Shown piece by piece: positions 13,786 to 26,810 of a stretch of DNA of 64,000 bases; the first letter of the stretch is position 1; every line of letters begins with the position of its first letter. The notes below the pieces were generated by a model. The model was not told the DNA's origin. It worked only from the letters and a program-made list of their open reading frames with translations, and did no database searches. This DNA comes from Octopus bimaculoides (Eukaryota), in assembly GCF_001194135.2 (NCBI RefSeq), contig NC_068983.1, forward strand, positions 61,118,314 to 61,182,313, in the 5' to 3' direction. A program made the position numbers and the translations under genes.

Positions 13786-14985
13786 TCTGCAACTCTACCA
13801 TGAAAAAGAAAGAGCAGACAAAGAAGCCTGGGCTATAGACAATATAAAATCTAACCCCAGAGCTTTCTACAAGTTTTCCAAAGAAACAGCTTCAGTGCAC
13901 TGCAGGATAGGGCCACACCTTGAAAAAGATGGTACACTCACAGGAAACCCAAGGAGGATAAGTGAAATACTAAATGAGCAATTCAAAAGTGTTTTCACTC
14001 CACCCCTAGGGCACTTTCAAGTCAGCAATCCAACTGACTTTTTTACCACTGCAGATATAAAAACAGAGGCAATGATGATCGATTACATCAAAATAAATGA
14101 AGACAATGTAATAAGGGCTACAGATGAAATGAACCCAAACTCAGCTACTGGCCCTGATGGATTCCCAGCAATCCTTCTAAAAGTATGTAAGCGTGTCCTA
14201 GCAAGACCACTGCAGTCCCTCTTTCAGAGCTTCCTTGCATATGGTAAACTCCCAAGAAAACTGAAGGAGGGTAAAATATGCCCTATTTATAAAGGAGGTA
14301 GCAGAGCGGAGACCAAGAATTACAGACCTATCTCTCTGACCTCACACATCAGCAAGGTCATGTGACGAATAGTCAGAAGAAAACTAATCGCTTTCCTTGA
14401 AGAAAATGACTTTCTGCCTGACACCCAACATGGTTTCATACCAAGAAGAAGCTGCCTGACTCAGCTCTTACAACACTATGACTGGGTGCTGAAACAGTTA
14501 CTTAACCACTCAAATGTGGAAGTGATATATCTCGACTTTGCAAAGGCCTTTGATAAAGTCAATCATGGAATGATATGTCACAAACTGCATGATCTTGGCA
14601 AAGTTGGAAAATTGTGAGAATGGCTTCATGACTTTCTGAAGGATAGAAGTCAGGTGGTAGTAGCCAATGGGGCCACCTCCAATGACATGCAAATAGTGAG
14701 TGGCGTTCCGCAAGGCACTGTTTTGGGACCACTACTGTTCATAATGGCCCTCTCAGACATGCCCTCAGCCACGATCACAAGTTATGCAGATGATACAAAA
14801 GTCTCACTAGTAATACAGAACCTTGAAGACACTATGTACCTGCAATGTGAGCTGGATGAAATATATAAGTGGGCTGAAAAGAATAACATGCAGTTTAATG
14901 CTGAAAAGTTTCAAGCCTTGTGCTATCAGCATGCAAAACTAAATGCAGTACCCATTAAATACACTGGACCTGGAGGGTGTATTTT
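13786..14985 (+). mobile_element. CR1-like LINE reverse-transcriptase region, inactivated by stops
   Basis: Motifs EILNEQFKSVFT, SATGPDGFP, NYRPISLTS, QHGF, YLDFAKAFDKV, SGVPQGTVLGPLLF and SYADDTK are present. In-frame TGA stops occur near 14363 and 14615. Confidence 0.9.
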
Positions 14986-15358
14986 ATGTGCCACCTGCAC
15001 AGGAGCCAGTCCAGCGGCACTGGCAGCGATCACGAAAAGCATATTTCCAAAGGTCTCGGTGAGGTCTAATGTTTGGAGGTCATGCTTCACCACCTCATCC
15101 CAGGTCTTCCTGGGCCTGCCTCTTCTACGGGTTCCCTCAACCACTAGGGTGTGGCACTTTTTCACACAGCTATCCTCGCCACATGACCATACCAGCGCAA
15201 TCGTCTCTCTTGCACACCACAACTGATGCTTCTTAGGTTCAACTTTTCTCTCAAGATACTTACACTCTATCGGGTATGCACACTGACATTACTCATCCAT
15301 TGGAACATACTGGCTTCATTCCTTGCGAGCTTGCATGTCCTCAGCAGTCACAGCCCAT
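14985..15358 (-). mobile_element. RTE LINE C-terminal fragment inserted antisense at the 3' end of the CR1 copy
   Basis: Peptide EDSCVKKCHTLVVEGTRRRGRPRKTWDEVVKHDLQTL, the RTE C-terminal GRP..TW motif. Confidence 0.85.
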
Positions 15359-16833
15359 GTTTCACTATATATTCATATATATACACACACACACACACAC
15401 ATATATATGTATATTTATTTATTAGCATAATACAAAATTTATAAAGAAGATCAAAATTAATATTTAATTAATTGAACATCTGTTCTGTCCAATAGGAAAA
15501 AATTTCAGAGGGAGTTAGAAGGAAAAATAACATATCAATGTGTCAGCTTTTCATGCATGGGAGCTGCAATAAAGCTGTTTAGGAATATGAATATAGGTAG
15601 AAAGTACACATATAACTAAAGACAGATAGGGTGGTTTACTAAAGAAACTTATAAACCCATGTGTGTAAACCCTGTCTTAAGAGAGGTAGAGATAGAAACC
15701 CATTCCACATAGTAAAACAGGTATAATAAACATTCTTGTCTCACTGTACATGGTTGTTTGTAGGGAAAAGTTAATGGGGTAGAGAAATTCAGTGGTTTAT
15801 AGACTAGAGACTCATAAATCATTAGGTTAAAATCTTCTTACAGGTATGTGTGAGTATTACCTAATTTCACCTTAAATAGAGTGACATCTAACTAAAGTAG
15901 TTGATATTCTGCACATCAAAAATATGAATGTTCATATCCCATCACAATATTGTACTGTGTCCCTGACTAAGTTACTTAACTCTCAACAGCTGTAAAGTGG
16001 TATCATTAAAAGGTTTTTCATTGGTTCACAGAGCTGAGCACAAATCTTACCATAGGCCAAGCAAAGAACAAGGTAACCTATTTCCTCATGAAACAAAACA
16101 AGACTAAATGTTCAACAAATAACTCAGAATAACATGAGATTACATTTACTTTTCTGCAAATGTCTTCATTTTTAAAACTATTTGATACATATTAAAAAAT
16201 AGATATAAACTGACTATACAAATCTATGCACATCTGTTTGTCTAAGTATATTCGAGATATTGTGTATATTTCAAGGAAATGTTGAAGGGAGGTAGGAAGA
16301 ATCAGACTAATTTAATTATACGATGACATCTCTTCAATCAGTCACAATATATGATTGTGACTAATTTAAAAAAGTTCAATAAAGTCAAACTACTGGAAGA
16401 TGAGGTCAGAATATAAAGACAAAATATTGGAAATAACTTGGAAACTTTTAAAACATTTCTTTCAACACCACTATTCAAGTCAACAAAGAAATATCTATGT
16501 AGTTACTCAATACACTTTAATAATATAATTCTAATTGCATAATGACTAAAACAAAAGATAGTGGCCACTGCTAGAATGCTTCTTATAGATTTGCTCAGAG
16601 CTAAATTTACCCCCATTTTTCTAAGTGACAATTAAGAATATTTAGTCTTGGAAGGGCTTCAGAGGCTATTCTTTCAGACAAATAAAGAAAAAAAAATAAG
16701 CAAAAAATCTTATTTTCAGTTAGATGAAAAGTACTTTAAAAAAAAATTCTTTCTCAGTATGCAGGCCTGTTTAAATACTCATATTCATACCTCTACATAC
16801 ATTGAAAATTGAGGTGGTCTTCTTTATAAATTA

Positions 16834-18006
16834 CTAGCAGAGGCACCCGGCGTTGCTCGGGAATGAAATTGTTGCTTATGTACTTGAAGAAAAAAAGGTA
16901 AAATATGCTGTATAGAAATTTGAGGACATTCTGTAGATGGACTCTCAGATGAATGATGGCTGGGCGCCTCTCATGAATGGGGAGAATTGAAGATGTGCCA
17001 AAAAGCCTCATTGGCACTTGGAAACTTTTAAGAAAATTAAAATGGGGATTAAATGAAAGAAATGATTGACGTGAATATCCTCACAAGAGTAATTGAAATA
17101 AATGGCGATTGTGGAACCCCCCCCCCCCNNNNNNNNNNNNNNNNNNNNNNNNNNNNNNNNNNNNNNNNNNNNNNNNNNNNNNNNNNNNNNNNNNNNNNNN
17201 NNNNNACGCACGCACGCATACATACGTGTGTCTTTGTAAATATGTTTGTATACATCTATGTATGTGTGTTTGTAAGACAGAGTGTGAGTGAGAGAGAGAG
17301 GTTTGTTGTCATGTATACGTACATGCATAAATATACATACATCTTTGGATGTATGCATGACAACACAGCCCTTGACTCACTCACACTCTGTCTCTTACAA
17401 ANNNNNNNNNNNNNNNNNNNNNNNNNNNNNNNNNNNNNNNNNNNNNNNNNNNNNNNNNNNNNNNNNNNNNNNNNNNNNNNNNNNNNNNNNNNNNNNNNNN
17501 NNNNNNNNATATGCTTGTATACATTTATGTATGTGTGTGTTTGTAAGAGACAGAGTGTGAGTGAGTGAAGGGGTGTGTGTGTGCGTGTGTATGTGTGTGA
17601 GACAGAGTGAGAGAGCGGTGTGTATGTAGTATTTACTCTCTCTCTCTCATACACACTCACACACAAAATAGAGAGTGAAGCTTTTTTGCTGTTGTTACAT
17701 CAATACCGGAAGTTGACACTGAGGAACCTTTTTAAAGAAGTGAATCTTAAATATAAAGCAATATTATTTATTTTTAATTAAAAAAATCAAATGAAGAACC
17801 TAAGATTTATCCGAGGTCAAATTATTCACACATGACAAGTATGGAAGCATTTGGTGAAGTCGATTTCACGTGAAAAGTGATTACACACACATCTCTGTTT
17901 TATATATAGTATGATGATGATGATGACAAGTATGGAAGCATTTGGTGAAGTCGATTTCACGTGAAAAGCGATTACACACACATCTCTGTTTTATATATAG
18001 TATAGA
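16834..18006 (-). mobile_element. Non-autonomous Helitron-type element containing microsatellites and assembly gaps
   Basis: The minus strand begins TCTATACTATATATAAAACAG (18006) and ends with the hairpin CCCGAGCAACGCCGGG plus CTAG (16834-16861). It sits between A and T with no TSD, the canonical Helitron termini. Confidence 0.8.
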
Positions 18007-20419
18007 TAAAACTTTAAATTTTTCCTTTCATTTATTATTTGTAATTCTGATCTTTCTAATTTCAACAAAGACACTATACTTATACAAATTTTATATTCAT
18101 TTTTTCTAGCTAGCATGAATGGGGTAATTATGTAAAAATCATTAGAATAGTGTTTTAAAACTGTGTCCTTCCTATAGTTAAAAACTCAGTATATGAGAAT
18201 GAAGCAAGCACAATTAGCTGTAGGAAGGATACTCAGGTGTAAACACCAGCCTAATAATTTTCACAATTACCCCAAATTGTGCAGTCACTTGACATGCTGA
18301 AAATAGCAACCAAATCTCCTTCATCAAACCCTAAATAAAGGTGGGGGAAAAAACTGCCTGACAAACAAACACACACTAACTCTCTCATACACACAGGATG
18401 GCTATGGTGAGATATCTTTGCTTGTAAGTCTTCTCTGTCAGGATTGACCTGGGCTAAGCAAATACAACCTGGCCAAGGATACAGCACAATAACTGTAGTA
18501 AGGTCTAAATATAAGATCAGGTCTTCAATAACCTGGAATGCAGCATGTTTTTTCACAGTGTATGAAAAGTACTTATTAATAAATAGTTAAGACTGAGAAT
18601 GCAGAGTTAAATGGCACTGAGACAAGAAAACTCACAAACATTGACAAGTATCAGATCAGACATAACTTGGGTCAATGGTAGCTTTTCATATATTTTTGGA
18701 TCCTATATACACGAATGATCTTTTAATACGATTTCTACAGCATTAAATTACAAGTAGAAAGTAAAATGATATTGAGCTATTCATAGCTTCCCTATGAGAA
18801 ATGTATAAAGTGATTTATATGTCACTTTTTCAGATTAAGATGTTGAAGTAAGAATCAGTATCTCTGTCGAGTAATGTGTGTGTTTGCATGAGAAAGAGTA
18901 TAGGTTTGTTACACTTCAAAACTGTTATAAAACAATTAGAGCCATAATTAAGATGCATTGCGATACATTAACAGGAAAAAAATAGTCATAAAAACAAATA
19001 GACTACGGAAGAACAGATTTGATGGCATAAGTCCTCACAAGAAATGACACATGACAGCTAGGTTGCTGCATTTCAAAACTCATGCACCTGAAGACAGTAT
19101 AGAAGAATGAATATAAAATCACTGATGATGATTACAATGAAGATTGTGTCAATATTGGATGTTATTCAGTTATAGTGCTTGCTAAAATACTGTTGTAATT
19201 TGATGTATGGCTCACACAAACATTAGTTCTTAAACAATATTGTGAAACTTTAAAATGTCATGCTTTCCTCCTCGGAATCGCATCTTTCTGGAACCCTCCT
19301 GTCTGTACATGCTTCTCACCTAACGTCGAGACATAAGGAAGACTACGTTGATACTCGATCAGCTAGAAACAGCAGCCAGATATCCCTCAAATCACACCCT
19401 TCTGACTTAAAAGAAAAAATGAAACACTGGATAATGTAACCCCCCATACTACGTCTGGAAAAGGAAGAAAAAAAGGACGGGATAGTCATGACTGGAATGC
19501 GTTTGATCATAAATCTGTTCAGATAGGATTTACAACTTTTCAACTTTGCCTATTTATTTCTATTCTTCAATCAAAGAAGCTGGCAAAGCTGTTCGTTAGA
19601 ATAATTAAAAATTAACAAAGGGTGCTACAGATTATAGATACATGGTCTGTGGGTAGTAGTCATTAAAAATATTGTTGGAAAATTAAGGGCTCTGATATTT
19701 ATCTTTTGACTTAAAAAAAAAAAACAGTACCTGATTTAATATTATCTCTTACTCTCAACATTGTTTACAACAAATCTAAACTTAATTTTAATTCAAAATT
19801 CTTGAAAACATCCTGACGCCGAGTCAGTCTCTACAAATGAATCGGTACTTTAAATGGTGGTGTGAGTTAACATTACCTGTTCTTGTAGATCAGGTAAGCT
19901 AATTGGTTATTAAGAATTATAATAAATTATACTAGTAGCCATTTCTTTCCTCTCACTCAAATATTGTTATGATTTTTAGTAGCATTCCAGTCAAATCAAT
20001 AAAGTGCAAGGTCAAGTTTTGGTGAATTTACATTTCAGAAAGTGAGAGTTATGGTTCTACTCCGTCAACACAATCACTAAGCTATAATGTCAATAGTATG
20101 AAAACTATTTGAATTTTAGTTTTTGTTGCTTTCTACCCACCTCTTATTTAAAGCATATTGGAAAAAGAAGTACAGGAATAAATATTCTTAGCTTGTCGAG
20201 GATTCACATATTTTTAAGAGGGAACAAAACTTTAAAATGTATAAAGATATATAAATGAAACCTTTATAAAGTTTGTCCTGTAATTATTTCAACTTATTTT
20301 TATCTGTCAGGGGATAGTTACCTGTGCGTGTCTGGACGCTTCTTAACTAAAACACATACAAAAAAAAAACGAGTATTAGTTTGAAAGTATAGTAACGTAT
20401 ACTTACAGAATGCTATAAA

Positions 20420-21622
20420 TTATATTTCTACTGATGCATAACTGTAATGTGTTCTAGAAGTGATGTAAGGAGCGACACATCGTTTAAATACCCGCTTAAT
20501 ACTACCTCTGTTGAGATAGAGAACAATGAGAGCAGTACAAGCAATGAAAGCAAATATAATATATGAGGTTTCCAAGTGAACACCACTGTGCTTCTCACAC
20601 TTCAAGTCCGATTCTTGCAGACTGAGTACTTGCCTGCCCTGGTACAAGTCTTTGTAACTATAAGAACATGTGACATTATCTACATCCCCAACTTTATCTT
20701 GGTTCTTCGTTAACCATTCATAAAAGTCTTTCAAATAACAACTGCAGCTGTAACTGTTGTGGCCGAGCCTTAAATCTGTAAGATAAGGCATGGACTGGTT
20801 GAACTGAGTAAGAAAGGAGCCAACTAGTATCCCGTTATAAGAGAGATCTAACTGTTCGATGCTGTATGTACACAATTCCGGGTTGATCTCTATTAAATAG
20901 TTATGAGATACATTTAGTTTCTTCAGAGATTCCATGTTACACAACATATCCATAGTTTCATTGGTCAATACTAAAATGTCATTATTAGACAAATTAAGAT
21001 CTTCCAGTGTTGTGCTGGTCTTATTTAAAATGTACGGTAAACGGATAAGGTATTCGGAGCTCTCAGGACCACTCCAGCTGGCTAAGGTATCGTCCAAGTC
21101 AAGAACACGAAGTTGGGTTAACCCTTCAAATACTCCAGTGTGGCTAATATCTAAAAGTTTCCAATTATTGTTACGCAGTATTAATGTCTCTAGTTGTGGC
21201 AGACAATGGAATGTTTTGCCGTGGATTCTTCTTATGTTATTGTTGGACATATCTAAATATTTCAAAGCAGAATACTTGTGTCCAAAAGTGTTATGGGCAC
21301 ATGCTCCGAAGAGGTTAGCCGGGAGGTCGGTAAGGTTGTTGCCACTCACTATTAAACTCTGTACAGAATGTGGCACGAATAAAAAGAAACTAGCATTAGT
21401 AAAGCCAGTATCTATACACTCCACACTGGTTGCATTGCATTGGCAGTTGGATAATTCAGCTGGGCATTGGGAAGTTTTACTGTTATTTGTATTTGCTGCT
21501 CGTTCCATTGTTGTTACCTCCATGTTAGCTTTCGCACCGGCGTCAACTAAATCCATTTGCCAAACGATCACCATAGCAGGGGCCGCAAAGATATACCAAA
21601 TCAGAAAATTAGCCATTTTCAT
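20420..21622 (-). CDS. TPBG: Trophoblast glycoprotein (5T4/WAIF1)-like LRR single-pass membrane protein, 400 aa, intronless CDS
   Basis: Signal peptide; LRRNT (CPAELSNCQC...VEC); about 7 LxxLxLxxN repeats; LRRCT (NSYSCSCYLKDFYEWL...C...DLKC); TM. The juxtamembrane LETSYIIF...LIVLYLNRGSIKR closely matches vertebrate TPBG LQTSYVF...LVLYLNRKGIKK as I recall it. Orthology was not tested by phylogeny. Confidence 0.85.
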   Translation of the reverse strand: MKMANFLIWYIFAAPAMVIVWQMDLVDAGAKANMEVTTMERAANTNNSKTSQCPAELSNCQCNATSVECIDTGFTNASFFLFVPHSVQSLIVSGNNLTDLPANLFGACAHNTFGHKYSALKYLDMSNNNIRRIHGKTFHCLPQLETLILRNNNWKLLDISHTGVFEGLTQLRVLDLDDTLASWSGPESSEYLIRLPYILNKTSTTLEDLNLSNNDILVLTNETMDMLCNMESLKKLNVSHNYLIEINPELCTYSIEQLDLSYNGILVGSFLTQFNQSMPYLTDLRLGHNSYSCSCYLKDFYEWLTKNQDKVGDVDNVTCSYSYKDLYQGRQVLSLQESDLKCEKHSGVHLETSYIIFAFIACTALIVLYLNRGSIKRVFKRCVAPYITSRTHYSYASVEI

Positions 21623-21899
21623 TAGAATTATATTTTTCTAACACTTTGCTTTGTTTTCTCAGAAATTTTAAATATTATTCTAGTATTAAGAAATTATGCT
21701 ACAAATTTAATCCGAACTATTTATTGAATGAAAAATTTTGTTAAAAGAGATAGTGGAACTGAAATAAATTAGATAGGCTTTTACTTGATTTATAATCAAT
21801 ACTTTGAATTGAATTTTACATTTAATTATCAGGATTTTTCTCATGGAAATGACACGGATAGAAAAAATAAAAAGCAAAAAAAAAAAAAAAAGAGAGAGA

Positions 21900-23830
21900 T
21901 AATGATTAATTTTCTGTTTGCAAATTGTTCTGGGATTGTTGCCAGGTGCGATGTGAAGAAAGTGAGATACGGAGCTTAATAGAGTAGATTTTAGCAGCTG
22001 GAAGTGGTCAGTTTAAGTTTTGCGGTTCCAGTGGGTGCTGCACATCACACTGGATAGAGTTAAAACGAGTCAAATAGTATTATTGACAAATGATTCCAGA
22101 TATATGGTACGTCAAGCTGCGACTCTTCCGATTAGCCTCAATTTGTCAAATGAAGTTCATAAAGTTATATGAACCCTATTTAGCGACGGTCTGCCAGTAG
22201 CAATGTTGAAAGTTTAAAAATGCGAACATAAGGCAAGTAGCACAACAGCAGCGAGACGATGGGCTTTGAATGGCTGTTCCGCACTCATAATTTTCCCACA
22301 CATAATTAGTTATTAAAGAATTAAATTTGTATTTTTTTGTGGGGAAGAGAGGGAGAAATAATTAAAAAATAGTGAATCCATATAAGTGTAATTCAATTTA
22401 AAATCTAAATGAAAATTGAACAAAATAAACATGTATTATAATAGAGAACATACGCTAGTATAAAATCTTAATTACATACATACGCATATTATAAATGCAT
22501 TGAGTATATTTTGAAATATTTATTTATGATTTACCGTATAAAGCAGTAAACGATAATGTCATCGATTGAAAATTTAATTTGGTGTTAGAGTATTTTTTAT
22601 AACAAGATGGAATAATAAGATATAACAATATATCTGAAAGAAACAGTGCAGTAAGACGGTATTATGAAAGTTAAATAATCATCCAATCAGAGAGCTCCGT
22701 ACAATTATGTCCGATACGCTGTTATAGTCGAAGCGGGATTGATGACGAATTGTTTTCATACTTATTTCCAGGTAAAATACTTTTTTGATTGTTAAAAAGT
22801 ATATCTAAGTATGAAAGTGAAATACATAGAACCTGTTTAATGTGTGTCAGTTCTATAGAATAAGTGTTCATGTTGTGTTTGTTGATATAGTGGATTTGGG
22901 TATTCTCTTGGCACGGAGATTACAAGTGGTCGTCCATCTTGCTTTTCTTGCCTCCTTCCAGGGAAGATTGACTCAAACAACGAGACCACTCTTCAGTAGA
23001 TTTTTCCCTTGCCTCCTTCCAGAGAAGATTAACTCAAACAATGAGACTACTCTTCAGTGGTTTTTCCTTTGCAAAGCATTCGAAACGATCCTCATTTGAA
23101 ATTACTTCCTTCAGTTACAACTAACCACATACACAATATTGTACACCCCATTATGACCGACATGCCTATAACAATTAACATCTGTTCTCTATTCTCACAT
23201 CATTTTCTAAAACAACGTAATTAAAGCTTCAAAATATAAGAAATCTCTCTATGTCGTGTTTATTTTCTAACGAATTTTTATTAGCATGGATCACATATGG
23301 TGATTTCAAGATCCTCCTGAATTCTGTATTATGCTTTCACAAACGAGTCGAATTTTATTTTGTATGTCGTCATGTCATCTTCAATGGATCCTGATAAAAA
23401 TGGTCGGACTTCGAACTAAATACCTCGTCTCTCTACGTTCTAAGTCCAGATATCGCTGTTTGCGATTTCACTTTACGTCTTTTCTGCTAGTGTTAAATTT
23501 TATGTACGTATTCAGTTGAATAATCTCATAAACTAATATTAATATATTTTTGCTGTGCTATTTTGACCTATCATTTTATTTAACACACGTGATAGCCTGT
23601 GTCACCACAGCTATTTAATTCTATAAGATTATATATTTCACGTTTTCCCCCAAAAGTTCCTTTCCGAACAAAGCTACATTTCATGATTGGGGGACTCATT
23701 TTATTGACGGTCATGATCTGATAATGAAACCATTTGTTTTGTTGTGGTCTTCTTATTGGTAGAGAACATTTTGGCTTGACACCGTTTGTCAACGTGAATC
23801 AGTGGGATGTAGTTTCCTTCTTTCCTATAA
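21900..23830. promoter_or_regulatory. Probable divergent promoter region between TPBG-like (-) and the zinc-finger gene (+)
   Basis: CpG density is visibly above the flanks. CCAAT boxes at 22683 (+) and about 23755 (-); an ACTACATCCCA (ZNF143/Ronin-like) motif on - near 23800-23812; a candidate donor CAG|GTAAAA at 22771/22772. TSS positions are unknown. Confidence 0.45.
22948..23069 (+). repeat. Two-copy 61-bp tandem repeat
   Basis: TTGCCTCCTTCCAG(G/A)GAAGATT(G/A)ACTCAAACAA(C/T)GAGAC... starts at 22948 and at 23009. Confidence 0.85.
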
Positions 23831-24589
23831 GATATTAAATTATTGTTTTATGTTCTATGCTAGTAATTTAGAATAATATTTGTACTTCTTTAGGTTGAAG
23901 TATAATATATTTTACATCAGGCTTAAATTTTAACTCCGTCTTTAACGTTAGCAAATAACATCTTGATTGTAAACAACTTTGGGTTGATGTTTTAATTCTG
24001 TTATATAGGCATAACACTTAAGTGAGAAGTAAATAGGAAGTTATAAGTTGTTGTTTTTTAAAACTCTAAATGATTAAGTAATGTGGCAAAACTAGGAATT
24101 ATCGATAGGTTTCGTGTTTAACTCAAAATAGTAATAGTAGTAATAGCATTTACTTTTGACTAGTAGGCACAAGGTCACAGATTTGTGATGGAGTGAAAAG
24201 AGATGGTGCAAGGTTCATAACTTTTTCTCATAAACCTAAGTTAAATAAATTGGCTTCTGCAAATCAAATCCGGTTTGCTGACTCGACTTGTCACTTATCT
24301 TTTACTGCACAACATTCATCTAGTATAGTTCAAAATATTAAGACAAACACAATGATCGAGTGGTAGATATAATGAAACAACGTTTTGTCTTGGAGAATTT
24401 AATTTTCCCCGCTTTCAGTTCCGCTTTCTTCCCTCTGAGATCGATTTAATAAGCATGCCATGTACTGGATCAGTTTAATTGGCTAAATTCCTCTCCCTCA
24501 GAAATTAGTGGCCTTGTGACGATTTATGAAATGAATATTAAATTTGGCGCACCTATTCGATTCCCAACCGATGCATGACATCTTTTTTA

Positions 24590-24780
24590 AAGGCGCCGAG
24601 CTGGTGGAATCGTTTGTACACCTTGCAAAATGTTCAGTGGCATTTTGTTTGTATTAAGGTTCTTAGTTCAAATTCCGCCTAGGTCAACTTTGCCTTTCAT
24701 CCTTTCGGGGTCGATAAAATAAATACCAGCTGAGCACTGGGGTCGATGTAATCGACTTACTCCTTCCTCCAAAATTTTGA
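24590..24780 (+). mobile_element. tRNA-derived SINE
   Basis: Head AAGGCGCCGAGCTGG, B-box-like AGTTCAAATTCC, and core GACTTTGCCTTTCATCCTTTCGGGGTCGATAAAATAAATACCAG. Confidence 0.85.
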
Positions 24781-24854
24781 AGTAGGCGCTTTTTCGTTTC
24801 CAGCAGGAAACGTTTGTCAGAAGTTGGTATTTTCCCGGTGAAAGTGTTTTCAAT

Positions 24855-24889
<35 letters not shown>

Positions 24890-26810
24890 ATAATAATAAA
24901 AATTAACAGTTCTAGGGTCTTAAAATAATTTTTGAAATCCATCATTATTTATTACAAATGAAATGTAGATCTCACATTTTGAAATAAATATTCAAATTCA
25001 TCATTTGGAAGATCAGAACACCACATCAACTCGATTAAATAAGAATCTAATAATGTATGTTGAGTTCCCATGACTTGTTCATTTCTTTTTGAGTAATTCC
25101 TCTCTGATTCAACATGGTTTGTAGTTGAATGCATAACTGGATCAACCAAATGCAGGGAATACTTGATCATCAGTCACTGAAAACAATCTGATAGATGGTG
25201 TTATATGACACCTAGAGATTGCTTACAACTGTTGTTTTCATAAAACATGATGTAATATATATAATAGTGTTGCACTTGTTATGCCATCTACTGCAGCCAG
25301 AAAACAGTTGGGACCAACTTCAAGACATTCAATTGTTAATGATTCTATTTCTCTTCTGTTATTACTTGGATAGTTAATAGCCATTTTTTTTTCACGTTTA
25401 TTAAGAATGAAATCCAACTATTTGGTGGATCTAACTTCAATAAATGATTAATAATATCTAGCCTGCATTCTACTGCCCACGGGTTTACTTTTCATTCCTT
25501 AATAATTTCATTTTTAGGAAAACATTCACTTTTGACCCAGAGAGCAACTGTTTTTGACAAGATGAAGCCCTGAAAATGAAATTAAAATGAATTCATGTCT
25601 GTGAATTACTTCATTGGTTTAGTAAGTCAATCTGAGAAAATATGCTTTTCTTTTGTTGCAGTACTTTTAATTTTGATTCATTAAAATTCTTGTACAAATC
25701 CTTAGCATTCTGAGTTGAAATTCTACTCAGATCAACTTTACTCTTCTTTTATCTGAAGATGACAGTATAACGCACCAGTTGATTACTGCATTGATTTATA
25801 TTCTTATAATGCATCCTAGATGAAAACGAAATTCTAACTGAACCCCTTGTTAATTTAACAACTATGTCAACTCATCAATTTTCTGACCAAAATATATCAA
25901 ATGTTATAAAAATTTCAAGAATGTGTCTACATGGTATTTAAAATTGTTAAAAGTAGAGAAGATGGGCCTTATAATCTATGCAGACTTTCTCAGACTAGTG
26001 AGATGTAAATGATTGATGATTAAGTTTGAGTATCTGTAGGTCAGGCTCTACAGGGAGAGAATTCCGAAGGGCTGCAGTTTTGGGAGGGGAAACAAAAACA
26101 TTTAGTTAGAGACCTAGATGAGGCACAGGGAAGTAAAATTGTGATGTCACTTCAGTTTTATCCTAATATTTCAGTTACTATACTTATACTCATCATAGAT
26201 CATAATTACAAGAAGGTGCTGTATTATTCTATTTACTACTCTACAAAACTCTAGTTATACACATTTCTCCATTGTACTTCCTCATTAAATCTTGAAATAT
26301 TCAAAGTCAGTATTTATTTTTAGTCTAACAATAATTATATCAAAGTTTAGTACAAAATGTTGGCAATTTGGTGACATTTTATTTGGATCTATACATATAT
26401 TGGTTGTTATTTCATACCAAGATGATAAAACTCAGTGGAGCAATACAGATGGCCAAAACAGTAGAACATTTGACTTGATGCTAGCAAAGATATTTTGGCT
26501 CAAATCCTTACAGAGTCATAAAATATGCAGCAATAGCATCACTTACGAAAAGAAGTCCTTCAACTACAAATGTTGTCCTGAAAGTAATGCTAAAGTGGGC
26601 ATGACTTTATTAATAGACATAGGTTGTTCAGATTGCACAGTTTAGTAGAGTAGTTCTTCCTTTTTGCATAGGTACTACTCAACATAGTCTCCATTACAAA
26701 CAATGTATTTGTGCCATCACTGAACTGAACACTTGAATCTTCTTTGAAAAGAAAAATCAGGTGTGCACTGTTGTACCCACTTCTTCACAGCCAATTTAGA
26801 TAATGTAGTA

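Noticed and set aside
13105-13838. Long ORFs spanning N runs (also 17008-17666 and 49882-50989)
   Set aside because: They are artefacts of assembly gaps translated as X.
19888-19900. 5-nt microexon pattern TTGTAG|ATCAG|GTAAGC on the plus strand
   Set aside because: No host gene or flanking exons can be identified, and the pattern is expected by chance in 64 kb.
20934-21641. 235-aa plus-strand ORF
   Set aside because: It is the antisense shadow of the TPBG-like CDS, with no recognisable domain.
22948-23069. CRISPR-like or functional repeat array
   Set aside because: Only two contiguous 61-bp units with no spacers, in a eukaryotic context.
24783-24887. Short hairpin-containing segment followed by a long poly(A), as a retroposed small RNA
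   Set aside because: No TSD and no match to an snRNA or snoRNA that I can recognise.
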